A DNA stretch of 64,000 nucleotides, taken from positions 629,589-693,588 of the forward strand of contig AP024675.1 of assembly GCA_025998875.1 (NCBI GenBank). Direction: 5' to 3'. The notes beneath the pieces are model-generated. The model was not told where the DNA came from. It did not search any database and saw only the letters and a list, made by a program, of their open reading frames with translations. The stretch is from Bacteroidota bacterium. GTDB taxonomy: Bacteria > Bacteroidota > Rhodothermia > JANXDC01. Shown here in pieces: positions 37,533 to 48,190 of the stretch (position 1 is the stretch's first letter; every line of letters begins with the position of its first letter). A program made the position numbers and the translations under genes.

Positions 37533-38099
37533 TCATCGACCGGCGCGGTAGCGGGATACGTAGGCCACGTAGTTGGCCGCCGCCTCCTCCACCTGGAGGC
37601 GCTCTTCCTCCGTCAGGGGCCGCACCGGACGGGCGGGAACACCCAGCACGAGATAGCCGGACGGCACCCGCATGCCAGGAGGTACGAGCGCGCCGGCACC
37701 GATAAGGCTGTGATGCTCCACCACGGCTCCGTCGAGCACGGTGGCGTGCATGCCAACCAGGACAAAGTCCTCGATGACGCATCCATGCAGTACCGCGCTA
37801 TGCCCCACGGTCACATGACTGCCCACCTCGAGAGGCCAGCGGCGATGGGTTACATGGAGCATGCACAGGTCCTGGATGTTCGTCCGCTCCCCGATGCGGA
37901 TCCAGTGCACATCACCCCGGATAACGGTGTTGTACCATACGGAGCTGTGGGCTCCGATCTCTACATCCCCGATGATGCGCACCCCCTCGCAGAGGTGCAC
38001 CGTGGGATGCACTCGGGGCCAGCGTCCCTCAAACGGGGCGATCGTCACCCCGGGGGGCGAATGGAAGCCCTGGGGGGGTTCCATCCCTTGCGTTTCCAT
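37533..38099 (-). CDS. gamma-class carbonic anhydrase family protein (hexapeptide repeat, YrdA/PaaY-like)
   Basis: ...IIGDVEIGAHSSVWYNTVIRGDV... left-handed beta-helix pattern with His ligands. Confidence 0.8.
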   Translation of the reverse strand: METQGMEPPQGFHSPPGVTIAPFEGRWPRVHPTVHLCEGVRIIGDVEIGAHSSVWYNTVIRGDVHWIRIGERTNIQDLCMLHVTHRRWPLEVGSHVTVGHSAVLHGCVIEDFVLVGMHATVLDGAVVEHHSLIGAGALVPPGMRVPSGYLVLGVPARPVRPLTEEERLQVEEAAANYVAYVSRYRAGR

Positions 38100-38860
38100 G
38101 CGATCAACTCCACCTGCACATAACCCACGATGACGGAGAGGCGGGCCCGGAGGGGCACGCGAGCCTCATCGGCCGAAAACCAGCCCTCGTAGGGCCCCTT
38201 GAATCCCAGTAACCCCTCAAAATGCGCCACCCCACGCAGACACCAGGCCGCCACGGGATAGGGGACAGCCGGAACCCGCACCACAGACAGCCCCGCTGTG
38301 GGCTCGATCTCGGTGGTGCCGAACCGGTAGCTGACCCAGGTCGGCTCATCATAACGCCTCTGCCCCCCCGCTACCAGACGCGTAAAGTAAAAGACGCTGA
38401 TGCCATCCTGTCCACGTCCTCTCAGCGGGAAGGCTCGCTCCTCTACGCCCCCACGTAGAGACCGGCGTATGGTGAGCACACGACCCCGGAGGTAATCGAA
38501 CCGATATTCCGAAAGCACGCTATCCCCCCTATCCTGCTCCCTGGACCAGAAATAGCGACTACGCACCAGCCCGTCAAGCTCCTCCAGATAGGAATGATAG
38601 ACCCCGCTGATGTTCACCAGCGCCGAAACAGCGGGTACGGACCGGATCTCCGTGCTGGCATGACGGACCGTCCTCCCCTCAAAGAGCGTATCGCCATGCA
38701 GGCGTACCGTGATCCAGCCCAATGTAAGAGGACCCCAGCGAACGCGATAAGCCAGCTCTTCACCGGACCAAAATACCCGTGAGGGCTCTTCTGCCCTTAC
38801 GCTCCACTTTCCCGATGTGATCCCCACCCAGAACAGCAACCCGACGGGCAACCACCACAT
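38045..38860 (-). CDS. secreted DUF3108-like protein
   Basis: Signal peptide MWWLPVGLLFWVGITSG, then the YRVRWGPLTLG pattern; 271 aa. Confidence 0.4.
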   Translation of the reverse strand: MWWLPVGLLFWVGITSGKWSVRAEEPSRVFWSGEELAYRVRWGPLTLGWITVRLHGDTLFEGRTVRHASTEIRSVPAVSALVNISGVYHSYLEELDGLVRSRYFWSREQDRGDSVLSEYRFDYLRGRVLTIRRSLRGGVEERAFPLRGRGQDGISVFYFTRLVAGGQRRYDEPTWVSYRFGTTEIEPTAGLSVVRVPAVPYPVAAWCLRGVAHFEGLLGFKGPYEGWFSADEARVPLRARLSVIVGYVQVELIAWKRKGWNPPRASIRPPG

Positions 38861-38981
38861 GTGTCGCGTCCCCTGGATCTGAGGGTCGAAAATATCGCGC
38901 TGCGGGGAAACGGGACAATCTTCCTTCTGGAGGCCTCCGCAGTGTATCTTGTTCCGCTACAGCACAAGCATCCGGCAGCCT

Positions 38982-40148
38982 ATGCACGTCGCGGTGATCT
39001 TTGGAGGGGTTTCCGTTGAACACGAGGTCTCCATCCTGACCGGCCTACAGGCCCTGCATGCCCTTCGAGCAAGCAGGCATACGGCCTATCCGCTCTATAT
39101 CGACAAACAGGGGCGGTGGTATACGGGAGAGGCGCTCCGAGAGCTGGAGACCTTTCGGAATCTGGAAGCTCTTGCCCGCAAAGCCGTCTGCGTTGCCCCC
39201 ATACGCACCCCACAGGGAGATGTGGTGGTGCAGGAATTGGATTCTCCCCGTTGGCGCCGGCCGAGGCGCTGGCCCCTGGATGTGGCCCTGCTTGCCCTGC
39301 ACGGCGGGGAAGGAGAAAATGGCGGTCTGCAGGGGCTCCTGGAAACGCTCGATGTGCCTTATACGGGTAGCGGGGTGCTGGGCTCCGCGCTGGGCATGGA
39401 CAAAGTGGTCACCAAGTTCCTCTGCCTGGCTAACCAGCTTCCCGTGCTGCCCTTCGTATGGTTTCGGGAACGGGACTGGGAACACGACCCCGAGCAATAC
39501 CTCCTGCGGGCTGAGGAGCTGGGCTATCCTCTGATCGTCAAGCCCGCCCGGCTGGGATCCAGCATCGGCGTCGGCTGGGCCGAGCATCGCGCCGCGCTGG
39601 AGGAGGCCATTGAGCTCGCCTTCCGCTTCGATGACAAGGTGCTCATCGAACCCGCCCTTAAGGAGCGCCAAGAGGTCAACTGCGCCGTCCTGGGCACTCC
39701 TTCAGCAGCGCGGGTCTCCGTCTGCGAAGAGCCCCTGGGCCTCGATGCGGTGCTTTCGTATACGGACAAATACCTGCGGGGTGATCCCCAGAAGGGCATG
39801 GCCGGCGCTGAGCGTCGTATTCCGGCCGCGATCTCCGCCGAACAGGCCCGTCAGCTCGAAGAGCTCGCCCTGCGAGTTTTCCAGCTCTTTGAGCTTTCTG
39901 GAACGGCCCGGGTGGACTTTCTCATCGACCGGCGCACCGGATCGGTCTATATCAACGAGGTCAACACGATCCCGGGATCGCTGGCCTTTTATCTCTGGGA
40001 ACGATCCGACCTCCCCTTTGTCGAATTGCTGGAACAGCTGATTCGGATCGCGCTGGATCGCTATCGCGTTAAACAGACGCGCACGCGCTCCTATGAAACC
40101 AACCTTCTGGCTCACAAAAGCCAGACAGGACTCAAGTTGCACAAGTAA
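38982..40148 (+). CDS. ddl: D-alanine--D-alanine ligase
   Basis: MHVAVIFGGVSVEHEVSILTG... and the ATP-grasp C-terminus. The track ORF starts with TTG at 38949; the ATG is at 38982. Confidence 0.9.
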   Translation: MHVAVIFGGVSVEHEVSILTGLQALHALRASRHTAYPLYIDKQGRWYTGEALRELETFRNLEALARKAVCVAPIRTPQGDVVVQELDSPRWRRPRRWPLDVALLALHGGEGENGGLQGLLETLDVPYTGSGVLGSALGMDKVVTKFLCLANQLPVLPFVWFRERDWEHDPEQYLLRAEELGYPLIVKPARLGSSIGVGWAEHRAALEEAIELAFRFDDKVLIEPALKERQEVNCAVLGTPSAARVSVCEEPLGLDAVLSYTDKYLRGDPQKGMAGAERRIPAAISAEQARQLEELALRVFQLFELSGTARVDFLIDRRTGSVYINEVNTIPGSLAFYLWERSDLPFVELLEQLIRIALDRYRVKQTRTRSYETNLLAHKSQTGLKLHK

Positions 40149-40181
40149 CCAACACGGCATCGACTCAAGAGGAAAGGCGCA

Positions 40182-40742
40182 ATGCACAGCACACCCGCAT
40201 CTCACATCGAGCTACTGCGTCGAGCCGACGCAAGTCCGGTCATTCAGGTGCTGGGCATCGTGGGCTTTGCCCTGTTGACGACCCTGGGCGCCAAGGTGCG
40301 CCTCTATCTCTGGGAGGTCCCCATCACGTTTCAGACCCTGGGCATACTGGGGGCTGGCCTCTTCCTGGGGGCCCGCAACGGCCTGTTATCTCAGCTGCTG
40401 TACCTGGGCCTGGGTCTGTTTCTGCCCGTCTTTGCCGGCTCGGGATACGGCCCGCTCTATCTGCTGGGTGCGACGGGCGGATATCTGCTTGCCGCTCCTG
40501 TGGCGGCCTATGTGGTGGGCCGGCTAAGCCAGAGCAGGCGATCCTGGTCCGGACTGTTCCTGGCGCTGGTGGCCGGAGGGGGGGTGCTCTTTGGTATCGG
40601 GGTGCCCTGGCTACACTGGGCCGCGGGACATACGGGGTGGTGGGAGTCTCTGGATAAGGGCCTGTTGCGCTTCCTGCCATGGGAAGCGACGAAGTGGCTT
40701 CTGCTGAGCACCCTGTATCGCGCCTTATGCGCCTGGCGATGA
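40182..40742 (+). CDS. bioY: biotin transporter BioY (ECF S-component)
   Basis: 186 aa, about 6 TM helices, BioY-family pattern. Confidence 0.75.
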   Translation: MHSTPASHIELLRRADASPVIQVLGIVGFALLTTLGAKVRLYLWEVPITFQTLGILGAGLFLGARNGLLSQLLYLGLGLFLPVFAGSGYGPLYLLGATGGYLLAAPVAAYVVGRLSQSRRSWSGLFLALVAGGGVLFGIGVPWLHWAAGHTGWWESLDKGLLRFLPWEATKWLLLSTLYRALCAWR

Positions 40743-41929
40743 GGCCTCCGCTGTCTCTGCGCTGGAGGGCAGCTGCAGCCGTTCTGCTCACCGTGGGGTT
40801 TTTCTGCCTCCGCGGCGGGGCGCAGCCGCGCTCCATCATGGACGACAGCCTCTTTACCCGCCAGGTGCGCCTGGGCCTAGAACGCCTCTATGATCTCGAC
40901 TTCGCCGGGGCCCAGGCCGCCTTCGAGCCCATCCTGCGGCGCTATCCTGATCATCCCGTACGCGCTTTCCTTCCGGGTCTGCTGGCCTGGTGGCGAGTAC
41001 TGCTGGAATTGGACGTAAGGCAGGATCATGACGAGGCCTTCTTTCGACTCATGGACGAGACCGTTCGGCTGGCCGAGCTTCGCTTGAAGCAGAACCCGAA
41101 CGATCCCGATGGACTCTTCTATCGGGGTACGGCGCTGGGCCTTAAGGCCCGCCTGCTGGCCAACCGGGATCGCTGGCTTCCCTCGCTCTGGGCCGGACGT
41201 CGGGCGCTGGGAGACCTGTTTCGCCTTCTGCGTCTGGATTCAAGCAACGTCGATCTGCGTCTGGGCATCGGGTTGTATCGCTACTACGCCGAGGCCATTC
41301 CCGATCGATATCCCGTCACCCGGCCCTTTGTGTGGCTGTTGCCCTATCCCGGCAACCGCCAGCAGGGGCTGCGGGATCTGGAATGGGTTGCCCGCTATGG
41401 CCTCTATACGCGCACAGAAGCGGCCTACTTTCTGACCATGATCTTCATCGAATACGAACAGTCCCCGGCCCGGGCCCTGCCGTACGTGCGCGCCCTGCGA
41501 GAGCGGTATCCCAACAATGCCCTTTTTCACCGCCTGGAGGCCTATGTGCTGTTCTCTAGCGGGGACTGGGAGGGGGCAACAACAAGCTATCGCGGTATTT
41601 GGGCGCGCTACGGACAGGGACGCTTCGGCTATCATGTCCGCATGGCCCAGGAAGCCCGCTACCAGCTGGCCCAGATCGCCCTGCGATCCGGCCGCCTCGA
41701 GGAGGCGCTCGAAGGCTTTCAGGAGACCGAACGATTGGCTGCCGAACGAGAACCGGACTCTCCCTATCGCATCCTGGCCCGGTTACATCAGGGCATGACG
41801 CTCGATCTGATGGGAAGGCGTCAGGAAGCGCTTGCGCAGTACCGTAGCGTGCTCCGCATGCCCGATCAGGCCGGGGCCCATCGGCGAGCCCGCCGCTACC
41901 TGCAACAGCCCTATGGAAGCGGCGCATAA
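40727..41929 (+). CDS. secreted TPR-repeat protein
   Basis: Signal-like N-terminus (start at ATG 40727 or 40739) followed by degenerate TPR helices. Confidence 0.5.
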   Translation: MRLAMRPPLSLRWRAAAAVLLTVGFFCLRGGAQPRSIMDDSLFTRQVRLGLERLYDLDFAGAQAAFEPILRRYPDHPVRAFLPGLLAWWRVLLELDVRQDHDEAFFRLMDETVRLAELRLKQNPNDPDGLFYRGTALGLKARLLANRDRWLPSLWAGRRALGDLFRLLRLDSSNVDLRLGIGLYRYYAEAIPDRYPVTRPFVWLLPYPGNRQQGLRDLEWVARYGLYTRTEAAYFLTMIFIEYEQSPARALPYVRALRERYPNNALFHRLEAYVLFSSGDWEGATTSYRGIWARYGQGRFGYHVRMAQEARYQLAQIALRSGRLEEALEGFQETERLAAEREPDSPYRILARLHQGMTLDLMGRRQEALAQYRSVLRMPDQAGAHRRARRYLQQPYGSGA

Positions 41930-42012
41930 ATTTTTCACAGCTTCTCCGCTTGCGAATACGCTGCTGTCGCGCTAGCATAGCATCACCCTCAAAAAACCGA
42001 CGAGGAGGTGTC

Positions 42013-42942
42013 ATGATCCCCCGCCGCATTCTGGTGCCCACGGACCTGTCGGAAAACGCCGCGCGCGCCTATCCCTATGCTCGCTCTCTTGCCGAGCGCT
42101 TTGCGGCCCGCGTGGATCTGCTGCATATTATCCCCTCGACGGAAGCGCTCTCCCTGTCTCTGGTGCGCTCGGAGGCCTCCTTTGCGTGGTCCAAGGACCT
42201 CTATTCTCTGCTTCAGGCTGAGCGGCAGGAACAACTCGACAGGATCGCCCGGGAAAGCTTCCCGGAAGTCCTCGGGGAAACCCGCATCGCCATAGGCAAA
42301 CCCGATACGGCGCTGCTGGAAACGATCCATGCCGGACACTATGACCTGATCGTCATGGGCACGCGCGGGGGAGACGGGGTCTCTGTCGGAGCGGGAGCGA
42401 CAGCCGAACGGATCCTGCGGCGGGCTCATGTGCCCGTGCTGGCCGTGCCTCCGCATGCTCCGGTACCCCCCCGATGGGAACGCATCCTCTATCCGACGGA
42501 TTTCTCCGAGCTTTCGCGGGCCGCCTTACCCTGGGCGCTGTTGCTGGCCGAGGCCTTCTCAGGCACGGTGATCTTCTTCCACATGCTTTACCTGGGAGAG
42601 GACCCGCGCGTGGTCGAAAAAGCTCCCTCCGAGGCGGAGCTGGAGGCGATGCGCCAGCGGTTGCACGAACACATCCGGGCTGAACACCATGTAGAATCTG
42701 AGGAAAGCCTGCGGCGCAACCGACAATCCCCTCCGGTGCGCTTCGAGCGCGTCTTCGTGCGGGGCTATGCGGCCTATGATGAGATCGTACAGTATGCCGA
42801 TGAGGGAGCCGACCTGATCGTCATGAGCACCCACGGCCGCACGGGGCTGGCCTATCTGCTCCTGGGCAGCACGGCCGAGAAGGTGCTCCAGCACAGCCGC
42901 AAACCCGTCTTGCTCATTCGCCCCGAACGGGTTCGCTCCTAA
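42013..42942 (+). CDS. tandem universal stress protein (UspA x2)
   Basis: Two Usp domains ([11 protein letters not shown]...; ...HVPVLAVP... / ...[11 protein letters not shown]...; ...RKPVLLIR). GGAGG Shine-Dalgarno 5 nt before ATG 42013. Confidence 0.8.
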   Translation: MIPRRILVPTDLSENAARAYPYARSLAERFAARVDLLHIIPSTEALSLSLVRSEASFAWSKDLYSLLQAERQEQLDRIARESFPEVLGETRIAIGKPDTALLETIHAGHYDLIVMGTRGGDGVSVGAGATAERILRRAHVPVLAVPPHAPVPPRWERILYPTDFSELSRAALPWALLLAEAFSGTVIFFHMLYLGEDPRVVEKAPSEAELEAMRQRLHEHIRAEHHVESEESLRRNRQSPPVRFERVFVRGYAAYDEIVQYADEGADLIVMSTHGRTGLAYLLLGSTAEKVLQHSRKPVLLIRPERVRS

Positions 42943-43984
42943 CCCAGCGCCATCGAGCCCGACGCAGCGAGGGGATATCCGGGGAGCCGGTCAAAAACAT
43001 AGCCGCCCGCAGCTGCCAGTGCAACTCCTCGGCGTATCGCTCAAGAGCCCTCCTGCCCCCACGAGCCAGCGCCTGCAGAAACGGCCGGGCGATACCGACC
43101 AGATGCGCCCCGAGGGCGAGGCATTTGGCCACCTCAAGCCCGTTGGTGATGCCTCCGGAGGCGATGATCGTAACCTCTGACCCTGCGACGGAGGCGGCCT
43201 CCTGCAGGGCTATGGCCGTCGGAATGCCCCAGTTGCGAAATACCCATCCCGGCCCATCGGGTTCGCCCCTGCGCAGCAGCTCTACAGCCGCCCAGCTTGT
43301 GCCCCCCGCGCCGGAGATGTCCACGATCCGCACGCCCACTTCCAGAAGGCGCCGCACTACTTCTCCGGAAAGCCCGGCTCCAGTTTCCTTGACGATAACG
43401 GGCACCTGGAGCGCGCCCACGATTCGCTCGATTTGCCGCAACACGCCCCGGAAGCGGGGTGTGCCCTCCGGTTGCAGGAGCTCCTGAAGCGGGTTCAGGT
43501 GCACCGCCAGCGCATCGGCCTCGATGGCCTCCACCAAACGACGAAGCATCTCCACATCCAGCCCTGCGGCCAGCTCCGCGGCCCCGATATTGCCGATAAG
43601 GGGAATCGAAGGGGCGCGACGCCGCACCACGCGATACGTCTCCCATTGCGCGGGATCCTCGAGAGCCGCCCGCTGGCTTCCCACCCCGAGGGGGATGCGA
43701 AAAGCCTCGCAAAACTCCGCCAGCTGTTCGTTGACCGTCCCCCCTTCCGGAAACCCGCCCGTCATGGCAGAGACCAGTACAGGCATATGGATCGGGCGAC
43801 CCAGAAACTCGGTCTCCGTACTGACCTCATCGAAGTCCAGCTCCGGAAGCGCACAGTGGATGAGCTCTATCGCCTCCAGACCCGTGGACTTTTCATACGC
43901 GACCGGACCGGAAATACATAACTGCAGGTGATCGGCCTTGCGGCTTACTGTTCTAGAAGGGGACTTTTCCTGAGGTGCCGGCAT
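42914..43984 (-). CDS. fni: type 2 (FMN-dependent) isopentenyl-diphosphate delta-isomerase
   Basis: 356 aa with the IDI-2 pattern (...KADHLQL...MTGG..., TIM-barrel FMN site). Confidence 0.8.
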   Translation of the reverse strand: MPAPQEKSPSRTVSRKADHLQLCISGPVAYEKSTGLEAIELIHCALPELDFDEVSTETEFLGRPIHMPVLVSAMTGGFPEGGTVNEQLAEFCEAFRIPLGVGSQRAALEDPAQWETYRVVRRRAPSIPLIGNIGAAELAAGLDVEMLRRLVEAIEADALAVHLNPLQELLQPEGTPRFRGVLRQIERIVGALQVPVIVKETGAGLSGEVVRRLLEVGVRIVDISGAGGTSWAAVELLRRGEPDGPGWVFRNWGIPTAIALQEAASVAGSEVTIIASGGITNGLEVAKCLALGAHLVGIARPFLQALARGGRRALERYAEELHWQLRAAMFLTGSPDIPSLRRARWRWVRSEPVRGE

Positions 43985-43998
43985 TGCTCTCGATCATG

Positions 43999-44664
43999 CT
44001 ACATGGTGGCTAACGCCGGGCGCCCCTCCAGAAGTTTCACAATCCGCCGGTGCACTTCCTCCACCTCCCCCAATCCGCTGACACGGTGCAGAAGCCCATT
44101 GGTGGCATAGTAGGCTTTCACGGGTTCGGTCTGGGCCTCGTATACGGCCAGCCGCCGGGCGATGGCCTCCGGACGATCATCCGGACGTTGAATAATGGGT
44201 CCTTTTCCGCAGACCGGACAGCGGCCATCCTCCGGGGGTGGCCGGAAGGTCAAATGAAAGGTCTCCCCGCAGGCATCGCAGATACGCCGCTGGGAGAGGC
44301 GCCAGATGATCTCCTCGGCAGGCACTTCCAAGCTGATGACCGCCTGCAAGGGCAGATGCAGGCGGGCCAGTAAACGACCCAGCGCCTCAGCCTGCGCTAC
44401 GGTGCGGGGAAATCCGTCAAGCACAAAACGGCCATTCTTCAATCGACGCAGCCGGCGCTCCACCATGCCGATTACGAGCTCGTCGGGTACGAGCATGCCC
44501 TGCTCCATGTAGCGCCGCACCTCCCGGCCCAGCGGGGTCTCCTGATGTACCTCCTCTCGAAGCATATCGCCGGTGGCGATAATCGTGGCCTGATAGCGTT
44601 CACGCAGGAGCTTCGACTGGGTACCTTTGCCCGCCCCCGGCGGACCGAAGAGGACAATACGCAT
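43999..44664 (-). CDS. adk: adenylate kinase with Zn-finger lid
   Basis: MRIVLFGPPGAGKGTQ; lid CDACGETFH...CPVCGKG. ATG verified at 44664. Confidence 0.95.
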   Translation of the reverse strand: MRIVLFGPPGAGKGTQSKLLRERYQATIIATGDMLREEVHQETPLGREVRRYMEQGMLVPDELVIGMVERRLRRLKNGRFVLDGFPRTVAQAEALGRLLARLHLPLQAVISLEVPAEEIIWRLSQRRICDACGETFHLTFRPPPEDGRCPVCGKGPIIQRPDDRPEAIARRLAVYEAQTEPVKAYYATNGLLHRVSGLGEVEEVHRRIVKLLEGRPALATM

Positions 44665-44783
44665 AGACGGCTTCCTTCCCGCTGGCCGCTTTTGTGGGGT
44701 AATAGACCGACCGCGCACAGGATAGATGATGGACTATCGGAAAATACGCAACCCCGGGGGCAAGCGCAATGCGAAAAACGGGT

Positions 44784-44823
44784 AAAAAATCAGTCGGGTC
44801 CCCCTGTAGGTGGAGAACCCGAC
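44784..44823 (-). terminator. intrinsic terminator downstream of the second Lrp-family gene
   Basis: GTCGGGT...ACCCGAC stem followed on the minus transcript by UGAUUUUUUACC, about 125 nt after the stop codon. Confidence 0.5.
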
Positions 44824-44950
44824 CGTTTGCCCCCATAACCCCCAAACCCCATTGGCGGTCATCGCGGACATACTCAAGCATCGTGCCGGTTCGGATTCCG
44901 GCGCCTTCAAGGGATTCTCGGCCCACCCTCTCCCGAAGTGAGACTCATCC

Positions 44951-45376
44951 TCAACGCAACAGACGCGCGGAAAGCACCAGCGCCGTTACCGTGCGCTCAA
45001 TCTCTGGGATACGCTGAATGGCGGTGATAACGCGCTCCAGTTCCTCCGGCGTGCGGGCCTCGATACGAATCAGATAATCTGTAGCCCCCGTTACGCTGTA
45101 CAGCTCCACCACCTCGGGCATGCCCTCTAGGCGCTTTGCCAGCGCATCGGTATCCAACCGGGTCACCACCTGCACGAAAGCGGTCTGAAGCGGCCCGAGC
45201 TTTTCCCTTGCGATCACGGCACGATAGCCCTGAATATATCCTTCCCGCTCCAGCCGCTTGACGCGCTGATGCACCGATGGCGGGCTCAGGTCAATGGCCT
45301 CGGCGATCTCCCGATACGTGGCCCGGCCATGGCGCTCCAGGTAATGCAGGATTTTGAAGTCGATTTCGTCCAACAT
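44951..45376 (-). CDS. Lrp/AsnC-family transcriptional regulator (second copy)
   Basis: MLDEIDFKILHYLERHGRATYREIAEAIDLSPPSV... ATG verified at 45376. Confidence 0.85.
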   Translation of the reverse strand: MLDEIDFKILHYLERHGRATYREIAEAIDLSPPSVHQRVKRLEREGYIQGYRAVIAREKLGPLQTAFVQVVTRLDTDALAKRLEGMPEVVELYSVTGATDYLIRIEARTPEELERVITAIQRIPEIERTVTALVLSARLLR

Positions 45377-45549
45377 ACCCGATACGCCCCGCCATCGGTG
45401 TGCAGGGAAAATACGGTAACCCGAAAACTTCTCACCACCGGGGCCAAAATTACCCCCTTTCTGGACCGGAGGGGCGATTTCGGGCATATCCGGAGGGTGG
45501 AACAGGCTTTGCTTGCCCGGAAAAGACGAAACCTATACTTTCGCCCCAC

Positions 45550-46782
45550 ATGCGCCCTCATTGCCTCTATATGCTCCTGCTCCCTGCCGCCCTGTGGTTC
45601 TACCTCCTGCCGGCGGAGCAGGCCAGCGCGCAATCAGCCATCCTGTCGCAGATCACCGTTCACCCCCGTCAGGATGGCCAGGGCTACGTGGTGCGTCTGC
45701 ACACGAACCGGCTGCCTGCGCGCTATAGCTGGAAGCAGGAAACCGAAGGGCGCATTCGGATTTTCCTTGCCGGCGTGCGCCTGCGCCCGGGCTTCCGCAC
45801 CCCACCGGGTCACGGCATTGTACGCCACATCCGGATCAGCCCCTATGCCCGGGGGGTAGAGGTGACGCTCCTGCTCGACGAAGCCCGACCCGCCCAGGCC
45901 GCCCTGTATCCGGATGCGGCGCGGCCCCATCTGCTGCTGGGCCTCACCCTTCAAGCTTCTCCTACACCGGCGGTGCGGGCCCAACCTGTTTCCATCGCCG
46001 CGCCCCCTGCCCGCCAGGACACCACTCCGGCTCCCTCCCCATCGGAATCCTCCAAAACCCGCTGGCGCCTGGATATCGTTGCCATAGACGCCGGGCACGG
46101 AGGCGACGACGCCGGGGCTGTCTATTACGGAGTCCGAGAAAAAGACGTCACCCTGGCTATCGCGCTGCGCCTGGGCCGCATGCTGGAGGAGGAACTGGGC
46201 CTCAAGGTGGTCTATACGCGCACAGATGACCGCGCCGTGGATCTGTACCGGCGGGGGCAGATCGCCAACGAATCGGGAGCCAAGCTGTTTATCAGCATCC
46301 ACTGCAACGTCTCGCCGAGCTCCTCGCGGGTCAAGGGAACGGAGACCTACTTCATGGGGCTACACAAGACGGAAGAAGCCCGGCGCGTGATGGAGCGGGA
46401 GAACGCGGTCATCCGGCTGGAAGCCGACCCGAACCGTTACAAGGACTTTACCGAGGAACAGATCATTATCCACATGCTGGCGCAGAGCGCCTTTCTGCGG
46501 GAATCTGAGCGTCTGGCCGAACTGGTGGAGAAAGCCTTTGCCGCTCAGGGACGCCCAAGCCGAGGGGTCAAGCAGGCCGGATTTGTGGTACTCTGGCGCC
46601 CTTCCATGCCCAGTATCCTGGTGGAGACGGGTTTTCTGAGCAACCCGCAGGAAGCCCGCTTTCTGGCCAGCCCGGAAGGTCAGGAAATCATAGCCCGAGC
46701 GATCTTCAAAGCCGTCCAGCAGTACAAGCAACGCTACGAGAAGGCGCTCGAGGCCAGTTTCGCCACAACAAGCGGCCAGTGA
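45550..46782 (+). CDS. N-acetylmuramoyl-L-alanine amidase (Amidase_3) with N-terminal AMIN domain
   Basis: Signal peptide; AMIN-like block; catalytic ...AIDAGHGGDDAGAV...FISIHCNVS... Confidence 0.85.
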   Translation: MRPHCLYMLLLPAALWFYLLPAEQASAQSAILSQITVHPRQDGQGYVVRLHTNRLPARYSWKQETEGRIRIFLAGVRLRPGFRTPPGHGIVRHIRISPYARGVEVTLLLDEARPAQAALYPDAARPHLLLGLTLQASPTPAVRAQPVSIAAPPARQDTTPAPSPSESSKTRWRLDIVAIDAGHGGDDAGAVYYGVREKDVTLAIALRLGRMLEEELGLKVVYTRTDDRAVDLYRRGQIANESGAKLFISIHCNVSPSSSRVKGTETYFMGLHKTEEARRVMERENAVIRLEADPNRYKDFTEEQIIIHMLAQSAFLRESERLAELVEKAFAAQGRPSRGVKQAGFVVLWRPSMPSILVETGFLSNPQEARFLASPEGQEIIARAIFKAVQQYKQRYEKALEASFATTSGQ

Positions 46783-47420
46783 AACCCATCGTGATCGGCA
46801 TCGCCGGCGGCAGCGGGGCCGGCAAGAGCACCGTGATCGGCAAGATCATCCAGGCCTTTGGCCAGGAGCATATTGCGCTTCTGGAACACGATCATTACTA
46901 CAAAGACCTCGCCCAACACCCTGTTCAGGATCCCGCCAAGATCAACTTTGATCACCCCAGCGCGCTGGAAACAGAGCTGCTCATCGAGCACCTGCGGGAG
47001 CTCAAAGCGGGGCACCCGATCCAGCGGCCCATCTACAACTTCACCACGCATCGGCGCCTGCCCGATACGGTGCGCATCGAACCCCGGGATGTGATCATCG
47101 TCGACGGCATTCTGATCTTCGCCGACCGAACGTTGCGCTCGCTTCTGGACATCAAGATTTTCATCGACACCCCCGCGGATATCCGACTGATCCGGCGTAT
47201 CCGACGGGATATCCTGCAGCGAGGCCGCTCTCTGGAATCCATTCTCCACCAGTACGAGACCACCGTGCGGCCCATGCATTATGAGTTCGTAGAGCCGAGC
47301 AAGGAGTATGCGGACATCATTATCCCGCGGGGCGGGGAAAACGAGGTGGCCATCGAGCTGGTGATCTCCCGTATCCGAACCCTGCTTATGGACCGCACCG
47401 CTCAGGAGACAGCCGGCTGA
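46779..47420 (+). CDS. udk: uridine kinase
   Basis: P-loop IGIAGGSGAGKST; Udk family; 213 aa. Confidence 0.9.
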   Translation: MKPIVIGIAGGSGAGKSTVIGKIIQAFGQEHIALLEHDHYYKDLAQHPVQDPAKINFDHPSALETELLIEHLRELKAGHPIQRPIYNFTTHRRLPDTVRIEPRDVIIVDGILIFADRTLRSLLDIKIFIDTPADIRLIRRIRRDILQRGRSLESILHQYETTVRPMHYEFVEPSKEYADIIIPRGGENEVAIELVISRIRTLLMDRTAQETAG

Positions 47421-48190
47421 GCCTCGGCCACCGCAGTCTCCGCCGGCGTATTGAGCGTCATGATCAGCCGCACGCCGTGCAGTACCAGATGGGGATCGTG
47501 CTCGTCCACAGGCAGGTACTGGGACAGAAAGGCCGACCAGCCGCCGGTCAGGATCACCTTGGAGTCCACCTTAAGATGCTTGCGAATGCGCTGCACAAGG
47601 CCCGTGACCAGATCGATGGTCCCGTAGAGCACCCCGACCTGAATACAGGCCTGCGTGGAGCGGCCAACAGGGTATCGGGGCAACTGCAGATTGACCTCGG
47701 GCAAAAGAGCGGTATCCTGATGCAGGGAGCGCAGGATGAGCTCCAGCCCCGCCGTAATCGCGCCGCCCAGAAAAACCCCCTGCTCATCGACCACGTTGAA
47801 GGTGAGCGCTGTGCCGGCGTCAACGACGATGACAGCCTGTCGATGCCGATTGAAGGCCGCCGCGGCCCCGCAGAGCCGATCCATGCCCAGCGTCTCCGGA
47901 GTGTGGTAGCCCATCTGCACGGGTAGCTTCAGCTTGTGGTGCACCACCAGGGGGGATTGACCGGTGGCCCCCTGAATGGCCTCGCTCATCACCCCCGTCA
48001 GAGCCGGAACCACGGAGACGAGCCCGGCCCGCTCCACAGGGCGCCCCGCTATTCCCTCGCGCAACCAGTCCAGATAGGCCGAAACCGGGGCGCTGGCATC
48101 GGTTCGCCGCTGAAAAGTATGTACCAGGCGATAGCCGTCGAAGAGCCCCCCGACAATGGTTGAGTTACCGATATCCACAGTGAGCCACAT
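47402..48190 (-). CDS. coaX: type III pantothenate kinase
   Basis: MWLTVDIGNSTIVGGLF... CoaX/Bvg-accessory family. Confidence 0.9.
   Translation of the reverse strand: MWLTVDIGNSTIVGGLFDGYRLVHTFQRRTDASAPVSAYLDWLREGIAGRPVERAGLVSVVPALTGVMSEAIQGATGQSPLVVHHKLKLPVQMGYHTPETLGMDRLCGAAAAFNRHRQAVIVVDAGTALTFNVVDEQGVFLGGAITAGLELILRSLHQDTALLPEVNLQLPRYPVGRSTQACIQVGVLYGTIDLVTGLVQRIRKHLKVDSKVILTGGWSAFLSQYLPVDEHDPHLVLHGVRLIMTLNTPAETAVAEAQPAVS

Noticed and set aside
35549-37551. 415-aa antisense ORF (35549..36796) and 411-aa alternate-frame ORF (36316..37551) inside the large exported protein gene. The latter raised the question of a frameshift or pseudogene.
   Set aside because: The main frame 34628..37531 is continuous start to stop with coherent domain order, so the overlapping frames are GC-driven artefacts.
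44825-44950. About 125-nt 3' UTR of the second lrp gene with a small GCCGG...CCGGC hairpin, considered as a possible sRNA
   Set aside because: There is no promoter-like element or strong independent terminator; it is most simply the untranslated tail preceding the terminator at 44784-44823.
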